Assembly (NCBI GenBank): GCA_040954595.2
Contig: CM082587.2
Span: 8,995,403-9,059,402, forward strand
Length of the DNA: 64,000 nt
Source of the DNA: Balanoglossus misakiensis
Taxonomy: Eukaryota; Animalia; Hemichordata
Reading direction: 5' to 3'
Shown here: positions 10,689-23,268 of the stretch, piece after piece
Layout of the letters: each line of letters begins with the position of its first letter
How positions within the stretch are numbered: position 1 is the stretch's first letter
The notes under the pieces: generated by a model
Seen by the model: the letters and a program-made list of their open reading frames with translations, nothing else
What the model was told of the DNA's origin: nothing
Databases searched by the model: none
Position numbers and translations under genes: made by a program

Positions 10689-11233
10689 TGTAGAGGTTTA
10701 ACGAGGTCCATTTTACATTTCTGAATGCCTTTGCGGTTTTTGTAATTACTCAGCAGGCGCGGCACACGCGCCAAAACCGATTAGCCTGTTAGTACGCACG
10801 TTCAGTTTTCATTCAATGTTTGCCTTTGGTTGTCTAGCAACGACGATTTCGAGCGACAGCTGTCAATCATTTATTTAGCTACTTTTCTTGGCTTGAAGCC
10901 GACATGATATGTAGATTTTAGGTGCTTTCTCCGACGTCCGATATGCAAATTAGCTTTTCTGATTTTGAATCCGACCCGAGGGTATATAAGTAGCGATTCT
11001 CTTTAAAACGGGGTCGCTCAAGGGGTTTTTCTTATCGAGGCCACACCAGCAACAGCAAAGAAGGTACAGCTCTTCATTTTTACGCAGTATTGTTGATCAT
11101 TTTTCGTGTTCAGTTAATAAATACGCCACGTTGGCTTCTACACTTTATTATTTTGTCCTTGTGCGCTCTGTCACTCGGGTGTAAGGTCGTTACCCTTACT
11201 GATCACCTGACCAGTCTCAACGTAATAATAACG
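10689..11233 (+). repeat. 3' LTR, missing terminal 20 bp
   Basis: Matches 2884-3428 at offset 7805, then runs directly into the 83-bp array. Confidence 0.92.
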
Positions 11234-11775
11234 TACATGTCATTGCATAGCATCTGCCCTGAGGGCAACACTATATCTGAGCTGCCCTCAGGGCAGACAT
11301 TCATTTCATATGTACGTACATGTCATTGCATAGTATCTGCCCTGAGGGCAACACTATATCTTAGCTGCCCTCAGGGCAGACATTCATTTCATATGTACGT
11401 ACATGTCATTGCATAGCATCTGCCCTGAGGGCAACACTATATCTGAGCTGCCCTCAGGGCAGACATTCATTTCATATGTACGTACATGTCATTGCATAGT
11501 ATCTGCCCTGAGGGCAACACTATATCTTAGCTGCCCTCAGGGCAGACATTCATTTCATATGTACGTACATGTCATTGCATAGCATCTGCCCTGAGGGCAA
11601 CACTATATCTGAGCTGCCCTCAGGGCAGACATTCATTTCATATGTACGTACATGTCATTGCATAGTATCTGCCCTGAGGGCAACACTATATCTGAGCTGC
11701 CCTCAGGGCAGACATACATTTCATATGTATATATACATGTCATTGCATAGCATCTGCCCTGAGGGCAACACTATA
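11234..11775. repeat. 83-bp tandem array, right part (~6.5 units)
   Basis: Same unit as 2556-2883. Confidence 0.95.
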
Positions 11776-12781
11776 TCTGAGTTGCCCTCAGGGCAGATTA
11801 CTAGTATTTCCCGCCTGCCAAATATGCTAATTTTTACCCCAGAGGTCTCATATTCAAAACCAAATAGCCTAGCTTGCCGTTTATAAGTTATAACCTCTTA
11901 ATATTGCTACGATCAGAGCAGATTGATATATATACACATGGAGGTATTATCGGCTATTCACTATGCAACGAATTTCTAAAGAAGTTGTAATTTTTCTGTC
12001 ATGTTTAATATATATGTCTCGTGCATGCATCATGAGGGCCTGGTCAGCTGCGAACCATTAGACATTACTAACAAAATAACATCGTTTGCAAATTTAATTG
12101 CCCATGCAACTCTGCTAATGTAGTCAGTACGAACGTGTTGATATATTATGTATTTTCAACATGTCTTTCGGGAATTTAACTTACCTTCAACAACGGTAGG
12201 ATCCCACACCGAGGTGTAATCTGCAGCATGCAGGACACTGGCAGCCAGGACTTGGCACTCGCCGCATGGGTTCTTACGCGGGACTATTTTCTGTGACGTC
12301 ATTGAATGTTGTGTACCCATTTGCTGCTGCCCTGAGGGCAGCGCTGCCCTCAGGTCATTTTCCAGTTGCAACTTCTACCGTCTGCGTCGGACCATGGCTG
12401 AAGCCATCGAGGCCGGAGGAAAGGGAAGAAATTGTAGAGAATGAAAGGACAGAGCATTAAAGTGAAAGACAAGAAATTATAGTGACTAAAAGGACAGAGA
12501 GCACAAAACACTGGACTGAAAGATAAGAAATTGCAATGACTGAACAGCCAGAACATTGAACAGAAACAAATAGGCCTACACATTTGTTTGTAATGGATAA
12601 AACATTGAACTGAAACATGATTTTTTTTTGGTACACGTTTTTTTTTATTTCGCCCGCCCGCCCTGCCTGACTATTCCTTTGGAGATGAGAAACAAATAAA
12701 AAAAAGGGTCACCCTAAGCTGGTGCACCGATTAACTGTGAACAACAGAAGTGTATGAACGAACCAAAGAGGGCGTCTCTGG

Positions 12782-13537
12782 GGCTAGTTATACTTTGCGA
12801 AACAACGAAACAGCGAAACGAAACAGCGAAACGACGAAACCATTATTAAAATAGGGGCCAGTCATCAAGACGGTGGCGTATTATTATTTTAAAAGTTTCC
12901 AAATAAGTTCCTGGTCTGCGGCCTGGTACTAGTGGTTGCGCGCCAAAAAAGAATCCCGCCCCAAAAGGTCAATGTACGAGTATATTCACAGGGCTAAGGA
13001 TTAGTTGAAACAAAGCAGTAGTGTCCGTAATAGAAGCTTTCGAGGGTCAAACACTGATGGGGGGTAAGAGTAGTAGTTATATATAGAAACACATGTAACT
13101 CACACAACACAGTATCATTGTCGAAATTTCTTTATTATCTTAATTGCAATTCATGCCTCCCCGCCTTGTGGTATTTAAGGAAATAGTGTCAGTTGCTGCC
13201 GCATTTTGAGGTTTCGATCTGTTGTGGTTTTATATTCACTGTGTATATGTAGCAGTTTGGCATGAATCGTTTGCGCGCACACGACGTCGACTCTACCACT
13301 ACATAGTACCAGGCCGCAGACCAGGAACTGGCGACCCGCCGTTTGTTTCCAACGCCAAATTCTAATGTTGAATTTCCGAGAAAACAATTTATCTGACCTG
13401 TAGTTTTCTTGGCTCGCTTACGTTTTAATTTGGAAACTTAAAAAAAAATCATACGCCACCGTCTTGATGACTGGCCCCTATTTTAATAATGGTTTCGTCG
13501 TTTCGCTGTTTCGTTGTTTCGCAAAGTATAACTAGCC
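12782..13537. mobile_element. Non-autonomous TIR element with >100-bp TIRs
   Basis: GGCTAGTTATACTTTGCGAAAC... / ...GTTTCGCAAAGTATAACTAGCC with CGAAAC subrepeats; TSD GTCTCTGG (8 bp), or CGTCTCTGGG (10 bp) if the ends are 12783/13536; inner IR ~12906-12931 / ~13304-13329. Confidence 0.85.
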
Positions 13538-14029
13538 GTCTCTGGGTTAATATTTAACAGACTGGACGCAGGGATATGGTAGGAAGCAAGCTGGAGGCAG
13601 AATTCTGAACAGTTCTCTCTCGGCTAAATGTAAGTGTTTTCTTGATGAATTCTCCAATTATTCTTGACAGATCTGGTAAATAAGTGCATGAGGAATTATG
13701 TGAATTGGATTTTTGAACAGATTTGCTGCAAAATAATGGTTAAAACGGTAAATCTGCTTGCGTTCACTGCCTTCAGGGGTCACCTAAGGTCACTTTAAGT
13801 GGCATTTTCAGTAGCTATTTCCTTGTAGCAAATTAGGAATCACGAAAACATAAGAAGCGATAGAAGGGAAATATTATCGTTATCAGTATTTTGGATTGTT
13901 CGGCTAAAATTCACAGACTAGGTTGGAATCATTATGACATCGGAAAGTACCTGAAATTTGTGATTGAACTCATTACAGTCACTCTCAGACGACTGCTGTA
14001 GTTCTTACACTGCCCATGCCACTTGTGAA

Positions 14030-14485
14030 TAAATATTGAACACCTATTGCCTGGCCATGAGGGCCATAGCGGCCGTTTATTACACCCGAGGGGCTGTGAG
14101 TTACCAGAATCATATGCTATTTCCCGAGGCCGCAGGAAATAGCATATGATTCTGGTAACTCACAGTCACGAGGGTGTAATAAACGACCGCTATGGCCCGA
14201 ATATAGGCCAGGCTATAGGTGTTTTATAATAAACCTCATGCTAACAGCTGGGAAAATCTTGCAATTTTCTCTTGAGGCTGGCAGACGACATCTTCCGCGG
14301 TGGCCATTGTGTCGGACGACGCGACGCTGATTGACGTGACCGAGTCTGCGCACTCACGTTGGTCACGTGACCGGTTTATATTTTTTCTGCTATTTCCCTA
14401 GCGGTTCATAGTCGATTCTATTTTCCTATCACGTGACGGATTCTGGCGAATCACGGCACATTATTAGCATGAGGTATATTATAAA
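14030..14485. mobile_element. Non-autonomous hairpin element, same architecture as 531-880
   Basis: ~190-bp hairpin centred on CCCGAGGCCGCAGG; second IR ACCTCATGCTAA / TTAGCATGAGGT; absent from the paralogous intron at ~24370. Confidence 0.7.
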
Positions 14486-15036
14486 GTCATATATTGCCAG
14501 TATCTAAGCCATGTCATTTAGAGTCCACATAGCTATAGCCAAACTCGGGAGTGGTTGGACTATGGACCTGCTCACATTCAGTGGATTGGTTGTATTTTTC
14601 CCAACAGACAAGGTATAAGCTGAGGCCTGCCAAAAAGTTTGGTCCACGGTTGCGTCAACAAATATAAACAATGAGAAAATTATACTACCCAATAATGTTA
14701 AGTAGAGCTACCATAATTAGGAAAGTGTTAATTACTGATACTGTGGATTGTAACTATTTGGTTTGATATTTCTAATGACAAAATATTTAATTAGCCCTCA
14801 GTCGCATTATGGTCAGGTAACAGTTCAAAAAGTTAATCAATGATGTGGTCCCATGTGTGTATCATTGATAAAATCATATGACTTTTTCATCCAAATTTGA
14901 ACTTTCGGTTTTGCTCAAGCTTCAGGTCAATCACCAATAATACTAAATGTATAATCATATGTCTGTACATTCTTTTTACAGGTGTAGTAGATGTTATTTG
15001 AGCTGTAGTATATCACTCTGATGAATCCAAGTTAAA

Positions 15037-18000
15037 ATGGCATCTTTGCAAGCAGACGACTGTCAAAGAACACATACCAGTACAATGCCATACTTTGATC
15101 CCTTCAATTTGTATCTTATCAAACTGGCAGAAGACATAACTGAAGGTGTGTAGAACTTTGTTCATTTTGCTTTCAGAATTCAGGGTGGAATTCAGTGATG
15201 GGTTTGTTTGTTCTCCTTCCTATGGATAATGATCCAGGAGACATTGTGATTCCTACATCAGTGTATGACGGCAATTTCTCATGGCTACCGGTAGATCCCT
15301 AAGTTAACTCACAAATGTCTCAATTAAATTCACTCAATATTTCAAGCTGCACAAGATTGTAAATTTGATCCCACATATCAATGCATTATATGCATGCAGG
15401 TCCCATCAGTGTGTTACACTGTACATTTTGAAATTGTTAAAGCAGAATTACCAACTGTGACAACTTCAAAAAGTCTCATTTGAACTTTTGAACAAGACTC
15501 AGAACAGAGATAGCAAGTTTATTCTCTTCTTCTCTTTTTCTTACAGATGGCCTGAGAAAGTTGGTAGAAACAGTAGCTGCTTTAATGAACCCTCCAATAC
15601 CTAAAAGTGTAAGGGAAGAAATTTTGAAAAGCAATCGTCCGTACAGTTTGTTCGAAGTATTGTGTAACTATGGACATTTATCAAGGGACAAACCTAAGAC
15701 ACTTATTCAGCTGCTGACAATTACCAGACTTAACCTGTTAGCGAAGCATGTAGAAGTTCGATATAAGAAAGGATTTGACAAAGACTATCCATATGACAAA
15801 GTGACAACAGAAGCAGAGTCCAAGACTCCAATATCCACCATAGAATCTTATGGTAAGGACTTGCAGCATTTTACAATACAAGTGTGCATTTGTATTTAAA
15901 TACCCTAAGGGACCGTTCAGTTTTTACGGCCTGGGGGGGGGGGGATGTTACTTTTCTGGTAAGTTACCAATTCTAGCAACTATTGTATTGACTTGTCGTT
16001 TTAATTTGTTCATAGATTTTTTATTGCAATGATATACTATTATATACTTCAATAATACTTTAAGAAATTTATAATTGAGGTGTGAGGAGCCTCATTACCT
16101 TTATTGCATACAGTGTACATAGGATCAGGACGGCAAATGTTTTTGGCGTGGGGGGGGGGGGTCATCATATTTTTGGGTCTGTCAAAGGGGTAGGGGGTCA
16201 TCATTTTTTGGTCAGGGTGAAGGGGGGGTCGACCTGATTTTGAAAACCGATGACACAAACTTGCCGGCCCCCCCCCCCTGCCCTAAAAACTGAACGGTCC
16301 CTAATCACCCTTAATGTTCAACCAGAATTAAATCTGGTCAAACCTGTTTATAGAGGCCAATCAAGGCTTTCTTGGCCTTTAAGGAAGGTGATCTTTATAG
16401 ACAGATCAATTAACGCACATGTTAATTGCTCAGGGACAAAGTACAAAGTGGCCACTATATAGAGGTGGCCAATATCACAAGTTTCTGTGTGATTTTGAAA
16501 AAAGAAGTGATGTAGGCAGTCTATATCTTTAGCTTTGTCAAAGTGACTGAAACACTGAAATGAAAACTTAATTTTAAAAGGAAATAGTGGTCAAAATAAT
16601 TTTGAGAAGTCAAACACTTGGATCGTGCCTGTGGTAATTGAAATATATTTTTAAACGAGTACCACACACACACACACACACAATTAATTCACCCATCTGG
16701 GTTATCTTTCACATACTTCAGGTTTTTCATATGTCGGTGATGTTACTGCTAGCAGTGCAGTTAGTTCAGCTGCAACACAGATAGAGATGACGACAATGAC
16801 GAAAGATCCAGAAGGTGAAACCACAAGTGTACAACACCACATAGACAGACATGCACAGTATCCCTTGACATCAAGACGACAGTTACCATCACCTAGGCAA
16901 CAAACTGTTTTAGTAGGAAAGGACACTAATGAGAAAGGTAAAAAATTTTTACCAATCAATGATAACCAATCAGTGATTCCCAGGTGCAAGTATTGACAGC
17001 TACATGTTTTGTAATATATGGAGAATTATCTGCATCACCAGTGTCAGATGTGAATTTGCATGAAAGGTAAGATTTTTTCAAACAATCAATGATACTGCTC
17101 AGTAGGATAAAAATACTCTTTTGAGAGAAAAATAGAATTTAATCATGATTACATGTAATTTTTTAGCAAAGTAATCTTGACCAATTCATTCAAGGGCACT
17201 TAAAGCCCCAGTATTTCTCGTGTGCATCCATTTTTCATCATCGAAAAAAGCCCGTTTTTCCAGTACATCCATCATGGAATACTATATAATGAAGATGTAA
17301 GAAAGGTTTGGGCAATTGTAGCTACATGCAAGCCGAAAATATCGCCCGTAACACTTGAAATGATGCGCGGGTTTGTTTACAATGGAAATGTTGTACATGT
17401 CGATCAGCAAACGTGCCACTTTGACATTTTGATGGTCAGACCATTTTCGGATTTGATCTGGTTCCATCGACTGATTTCTCCCATAAAGTTATCTTCCAAA
17501 AATTTCGCCGAATTAGTGCGCATTTCTTCGCTGAGTCGCTTGATTTGGGGCGACCAAACCTCTTCCGCATAGATTCACATTTGAGTGCGCATGCGCACTA
17601 GTCACGTGTGTCAACACTCACGTGACTTTCTGTCCGGACAGAAAGTCATTCTTCACTCGTTATATTGTAAATTGTATGAGTTTATGAGCAGAGCTGGGGA
17701 TGATGACTGTTCGATTCAGTATCAATTATCATCTACTTTTAGAAATTATAGATGCCGTTTCAAACAAAATTTTGCCCCTACGAGAAATACTGTGGCTTTA
17801 ATGACTGTACTTTTCAGAACAAACTGTTTTTGTTTCAGAAGAGACACCAACAATTAAGTGATGAAACTCATAAATCAAAGTTGATACAACAAAAAAGACC
17901 TTCGACGCCAAATAAGTTATGTTTCCTTCATGCAGTGTTGCAGTGTACTCTTTCATGAATTGATTACTACAGTTATATTTATTTTCACAGAATTAAACCT

Positions 18001-21000
18001 TCCCATACACCATAGGTTCTAGGAGTTATATTATATCAGAGTACAGCATGACAACTTCATTGTCATGATTAGATGAGAATGTGTTTAATTTACGCAGCCT
18101 AGTTAGGGCACTGTCTTACCGGGTATTGGGGAGGGCACTATTTAGATATCAGGCAATTTTGGGGTGAGATATAGGGAATGTATATCGATTTGGATACATT
18201 CAATCTTTTGAACAGTACGATTTGCGAAAATGTATCATTTTTACTTCTGTCTTCATTGTATGCATGCTGTATAACTCAAGCAAATATATCATCATAGATT
18301 TTCTATGGGGCTATATTCTCTCAGAAATTTTATAGATAGCACTTTTATTGAATTATGTCGTTCCTTATGTGTAGTTGTCATCTTTACAAATGAATATGTT
18401 GTTACAGGGTGATGATGGAGAAAAGTTTAGGTTATTGCAGACAGCATATTCCTTTACCTTTGAAACTTTTCCAGAAAGCGTCTCATTAGAAATTCAGTAC
18501 GGGCTTGATTAATAGATTAAGGAAACATTTCTTCATGTTTCTTTAATTTATTAATAAAGCAAGGACTATGTCATTGACAATGACTTTTTCCAATCTGGTG
18601 ACATCCAAACAAAAAGTAACAAAAAACTACACAGCTCAACCAAAATTAAAATAAAATATTGTTTGTGTGAGCACAGCTAGGCTAGACAATCAAACTTATG
18701 TGATTCTTCAGGGTGCAGTGATCAACTCTTGATAGTGTATTGAGTTTGACTATCCAGTCTCCACCATAAATACCTTTGATTTGGCTGTAGAATAATCTCA
18801 CTAGTTGTATCTCTCTTTCCATAGTTGCAGGAGATGCAATACAACCAAGCAAAGGGAGCAGCACTGAAAAACAGTTAACAGAAGAGAAACCCATTCAAAC
18901 TGAACTGTCTGGGAGGGATCAGGAAGAAATGAAAGTGCTGCAAGAAAGGCTGAGAGAAAAAGAGGAGGAAAAGGAACATCTGGAGAAAACACTCAAAGAT
19001 GTCAGAAAAGATTATGAAGTACTACTAGCAAAGAGAGATACTGGCCAAGAGAAACCCATTCAAACTGATCTGTCTGAGAGGGATCTGAACAAAATGAAAT
19101 TTGACACGAAATTGCTGCAAGGAAGGCTGGACGAAGAAAAGAAAAAAGAGAAAACACTCGAAGAAGTCGAAAAAAAGAAGGAAATAGAAAGTTTGAAGAA
19201 AGAGATTGACCAGCTTAAAGAACGGAATATGCTAAAACAGAAGGCGATCAACAAGTTCCTTGAATTAGACGAGAGCACAAGAACCGAAGGACCTCATCAT
19301 CAAGGTGTGTTTTGAGCTCATTTTTCATAGTTTTGCCTGACAACCACACTTTGAGCGACTCATTGTTTATCAAGCTGAATTGTTACGTTTTACTGAGAAC
19401 ACATGGCATTGATTATGTCACTGTTTGGTGTGTCATGCATGCATGCTGTTTGAGTGTCAGTCAACAAATCTGCACATAGATTGTCAGGACACATACCGGT
19501 AGACTGCCAGGAAACTGCAAATTTAGGAATAAATTATTTCCTGCAAAGTTCACCAGATATGAGTAGATTTTATGCATTTTAGATTATGTATCAAATAGTA
19601 TTCAGGCTAGAATGACGAACAGAAATATAAAAGGTCAGTGCAATTATCCGGAGAAAATACCATTCTTCAATTTCAAGATTGACTAATATGTTACAAACAT
19701 ATATATTAATTTATTGTCAACATTACTCTCAGACAAATAACTTCCCTAAAATATCATTCTGCATTTCAGATATCAAAGACCAAAGATCACTTCTGCTCAT
19801 CGCTGCTAATGAGGTAGGCATGATGATTAAAATAATTAACTTAGGTTTTGTTCAATACGTACTGTTCAAAATTGCATTTGTCATAATTACATCTCAAACT
19901 TGATAAATTATAATTAAAGCGACAAAGTCTCTCTCTTGCTGCCCTTTTCCCATTAATTATGTTTGATACAAGACACCCTTTGTATTAATATTCATATGGA
20001 TTAATAGTGAATTAACATTAGACCACACACAACTGTTCCTTTATAAAATTATACAATTGTATACAATTGTGCTGGTCTCTGGAACTTCGTTTTTGGTCGC
20101 AAGGATGCTTTCTAGTTCTACCGGTATGACAGAATTTGTTTAACATTGAACTTTCAAAAGTGGAGATTTCCAGCCCCAATTTCTGATTTGTAATGATTGT
20201 TGTTTTTCCCTAAAGGAAAGATGTTCCTACAAATTACCATGTGGATTTTCGCTCGAGGTCCCACCAGAATGTGTGGAAGAAGACACAACATTGTTGGTCA
20301 CATGTAACAAGAACGTCACCAAGGTCCCTCTTGCAGACTTTGTATGGTATCAGTCAGATGTCCTTGATTTTGAGGCAGATCACATTACACTGAAGAAACC
20401 AGTCTACCTTGTGAGGAAGTGTTTAAATGGTCAGCCGTTTACGAGAGAACAGATCATCCTGACAAGTAAAAATAGTGAAACGTGGGAAGAGTTGAAAACT
20501 GTTGAAGTAAGTACCCACTAGTAGCTCACCCATGTTTTCGAGGGACACCCCTCCCCCCCCCCCACATCATGACGAATATGTTTCAGAGCCCCCTGTTATT
20601 GGCCTGGTACATCATGGGTCTGCACAGTGAAATTGTACTACAGTTATCAGTGTCATTGCAATATTACTAACCTTCCATTTGGCAAAACAAAACACAGTCT
20701 CTGAGACAATGTTTGTTTTACTACCAGAGCAATAAATACCACCATCAATCAAAAGTGCTAATCATTTGTTCATAAAGATTCTGACCATACACTAAAGTGA
20801 AAATGATATTGTTAATGTTGATTTTTATTCAGGAAGACAATCATATCAAGGTAGAAGTTCGCCATTTATCACGTTTCTTGGCAATTTCAAGACCTTATAC
20901 AGACACATTTTATATCAGCAAAGAAGGTGGAAAATTTACCTCAAGAAAAGACGAACGGATTAGCATCGTAGTTCCAGAAGATGCCATAGAAGATGAAAAG

Positions 21001-21021
21001 GCTGTAATATTAGAGGTAAAT

Positions 21022-21065
<44 letters not shown>

Positions 21066-23268
21066 TATCATCATCACAACCACCATCACAACCACCAACA
21101 TTTACCCATACCTGTTATTACCCCACATAGAGATTAACATGACAAGAGATTAAGGTGGAACTGCATCAGCTGCTAGATTGCTTGTTTGATTGATTGATTA
21201 ATTTTGCCAAAAACTTTGACAGGCGGCAACCACAAGCAGTTAAACTCTCAGACAGGAGATAATTCAGCCGCAGGTATACATGTACCGGTATGTACTGGTA
21301 TAGAGACAACAGGTTTACTGTTTGTATTGAAGGTCCATGACTGTAGCTACAACACAGTTGATAGTGTCTTCCCAACTGGTGGAGAATCTCTCGATGTGTC
21401 CTTCGCATCCATAGTGTACATCAATCGAGGCCAGAGGGAAAGCATAAAGTTCAACAAGCCTGTAAAACTAACCATCCCACTGCCACCAGACATCCCAGGT
21501 GTTGTGTCTGATGATACAGAACTCTGCATACTAAAAGATGAAGCTGGTAATTATGAATGGAAAGATGTTACCAAGGATTGTTTTTTTACTGTACAACACG
21601 ATGTGGTGGAATTTCACACTCAGATACTGAGTGGGTAGGTTGAATTTTTCTTGCGTAAAAATACACCAGCATAGACTTCAGTGGAAATGCAATGTAATGA
21701 CTGCAGTTATGTCGATATTGCTCTGAAGAAATCTTCCTTTGATTGGATCCGCAAGTAATGGTGATAACACACCTCTTCCGTAATCTATGATTCTAAATGT
21801 GGGGTCAGCGGTAGAACATCTACCGGTAATTGCATTTCACCATTTTCATTCCTTGAAAGTGTCTGGAATTATTTTCAGATATTCTTTGGGAAGATACATC
21901 AAAGAAGTCATGCCACGAATTTGTTATATGCTATCAACCATCACAAACTTCAAGAAGACTTGGAGTCAGATTGTTAAGATTAAACAATACACTGATGAAA
22001 GAACAACACACAGTCCTGATATTGAGATGAAAAGTGGAGATGTTGTCAAAAATTCTGTACCCACAAAGGGGGCTTTTGATGAGCAACCAAAAGTTGAGCT
22101 CCAATTCTCAATGCCAAATGTAAGAACCTACCTAAACTTATTAGCATGTTAATAATTGAAATGAAAATCGGTTATCATTTTTGTATCACAAAGAGATGAC
22201 TGTGCATGCATGTATGAAATGTGTTAATTGCAGAAAGCAATTTATTTTGTTTGTACGATACAAGTCAAATTACTGGTGCTAGAACTTCAAGGGTTTGGGT
22301 TAAATGTATCATTTTCAATGACTGCATAATTGAAAAGAAAAAAAATTATGAGTTTGAGTATGGAGAGAGTGCCAGATCCAATATCTTTGGTTTCACCTGG
22401 AACTGAATGTGTCTAGGCTACAAATTGGCTGTCAGTGGGTAATTTTCCAGGTTGGTCAACAAAGGGGTCACTGTGATGAGTACCTCAAAGTTTTTAAGCA
22501 CAAAATGATGAGGAAAATTGAAACATATACTGCATAATATGTTCTATTTTATGGTGGTGGTGTGTTTCTGTTTAATATTAAATATGAGATGTTTCTTTTT
22601 CTCATGTAGGGAAGTCAAGTGCAGCAAATTGCTGACAGTTCTTCAAATGGAGGTGAGTGTCAAAAATAATGCAATGCCAAATTGTTAACACTTAAAATAA
22701 AACATATCTCTTATTACTGAGGTTGATATAATTGGCATTTTTCACACAGTATACGTCAAACAGCCAAAAAGAAATCTTAAAAGTTAAATACATTTGAGTA
22801 GTTCTTAATTGACTCAGTGAGGCATTGTGTTGATTTGTGGCCATCTTAGGGATGACTTATAGTCACATTTCCTAACATTGTGATGTCAGACGTAATTTAC
22901 ATATTTCCCATGTTTGTACAATATAACATGAACACAGTAACATTTTCATTACAGCTTCAAAACTTTCTCCACTGAATGTCCTTTTCACGGAGATTGAAGA
23001 TCATTTTAACAGAGATAATGAGCGAAGCCTTAGGAGCCTCTTGCGAGGTTCGCTAATACCCAAAGGAGTTTTACAGAAATTGAAATCTCCCTCGAAAATA
23101 TTTCTGCATTTGCTAGAAGAAGGTCATCTCAGAGATGTTGATTTATCACTTCTGAAGGAATTGCTGCAGCGCGTGCATCTGACAACATTAGTCTCATTTG
23201 TGGAGGAGTGTGAAAAAAACTGCAATCAGAAAAACAATGTGGGAAAAAAAGACCATTTACAGAGGTAG
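15037..23268 (+). CDS. Gene A: DED - linker - coiled coil - ZU5 - ZU5 - UPA-like remnant - DED protein (PIDD1-like core), ~842 aa
   Basis: Exons 15037-15145, 15547-15852, 16722-16937, 18825-19304, 19770-19813, 20216-20506, 20833-21015, 21333-21634, 21879-22119, 22610-22652, 22955-23268: all GT-AG, 2529 nt, open frame. DED-like FNLYLIKLAEDITEDGL...LFEVL..YGHLSRDKP..LIQLL; ZU5-like LEVPPECV, VRHLSRFLAISRP, FNKPVKLTIPLP, WKDVT; C-terminal DED-like IFLHLLEEGHL...DLSLLKELLQRV. Probable non-coding exon ending ~13629. Confidence 0.8.
15909..16301. mobile_element. Tourist/Harbinger-type MITE in gene A intron
   Basis: TIRs GGGACCGTTCAGTTTTTA / TAAAAACTGAACGGTCCC; TAA TSD; the paralogous gene B intron (~26401-26436) has the empty site with one TAA. 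Confidence 0.9.
17204..17797. mobile_element. Kolobok-type non-autonomous element
   Basis: TIRs AGCCCCAGTATTTCTCGT / ACGAGAAATACTGTGGCT (17/18 match); TTAA on both sides. Confidence 0.75.
17825..17945 (+). pseudogene. Decayed copy of gene B exon 29355-29447
   Basis: GAAACTCATAAATCAAAGTTGATACAAC matches the gene B exon; the donor reads ATAAGT instead of GTAAGT and the acceptor is lost. Confidence 0.65.
19914..20050. mobile_element. Partial copy (one arm) of the MITE at 36244-36590
   Basis: TTAAAGCGACAAAGTCTCTCTCTTGCTGCCC...GATACAAGACACC matches the left arm at 36240. Confidence 0.75.
21022..21076. repeat. (ATC)n microsatellite in an intron
   Basis: Direct reading; follows the donor at 21016. 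Confidence 0.95.

Larger units (their letters stand above)
2884..11233 (+). mobile_element. Ty3/gypsy LTR retrotransposon, near full length, recent insertion
   Basis: Two LTRs with no visible mismatch, PBS, PPT, gag and pol in PR-RT-RH-IN order. Confidence 0.97.
1920..12385. mobile_element. Mutator-like foldback DNA transposon, non-autonomous, ~610-bp TIRs
   Basis: TIRs ~1920-2535 and ~11775-12385 almost identical, termini GCAGACGGTAG...CTACCGTCTGC; exact 10-bp TSD GTCGGACCAT at 1910-1919 and 12386-12395; interior is an 83-bp tandem array; no transposase ORF. Confidence 0.85.
1720..12714. mobile_element. PIF/Harbinger-type non-autonomous element (~0.5 kb of own sequence), outermost of three nested elements
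   Basis: Imperfect TIRs GGGCGACGTTTTTATTTTCTGTGTTTCTCATCTCC / GGAGATGAGAAACAAATAAAAAAAAGGGTCACCC; TAA on both sides (1717-1719, 12715-12717), the 3-bp TSD typical of PIF/Harbinger. Confidence 0.65.

Noticed and set aside
21016-21153. Poly-Ile / poly-Met ORF segments
   Set aside because: (ATC)n microsatellite after a splice donor.
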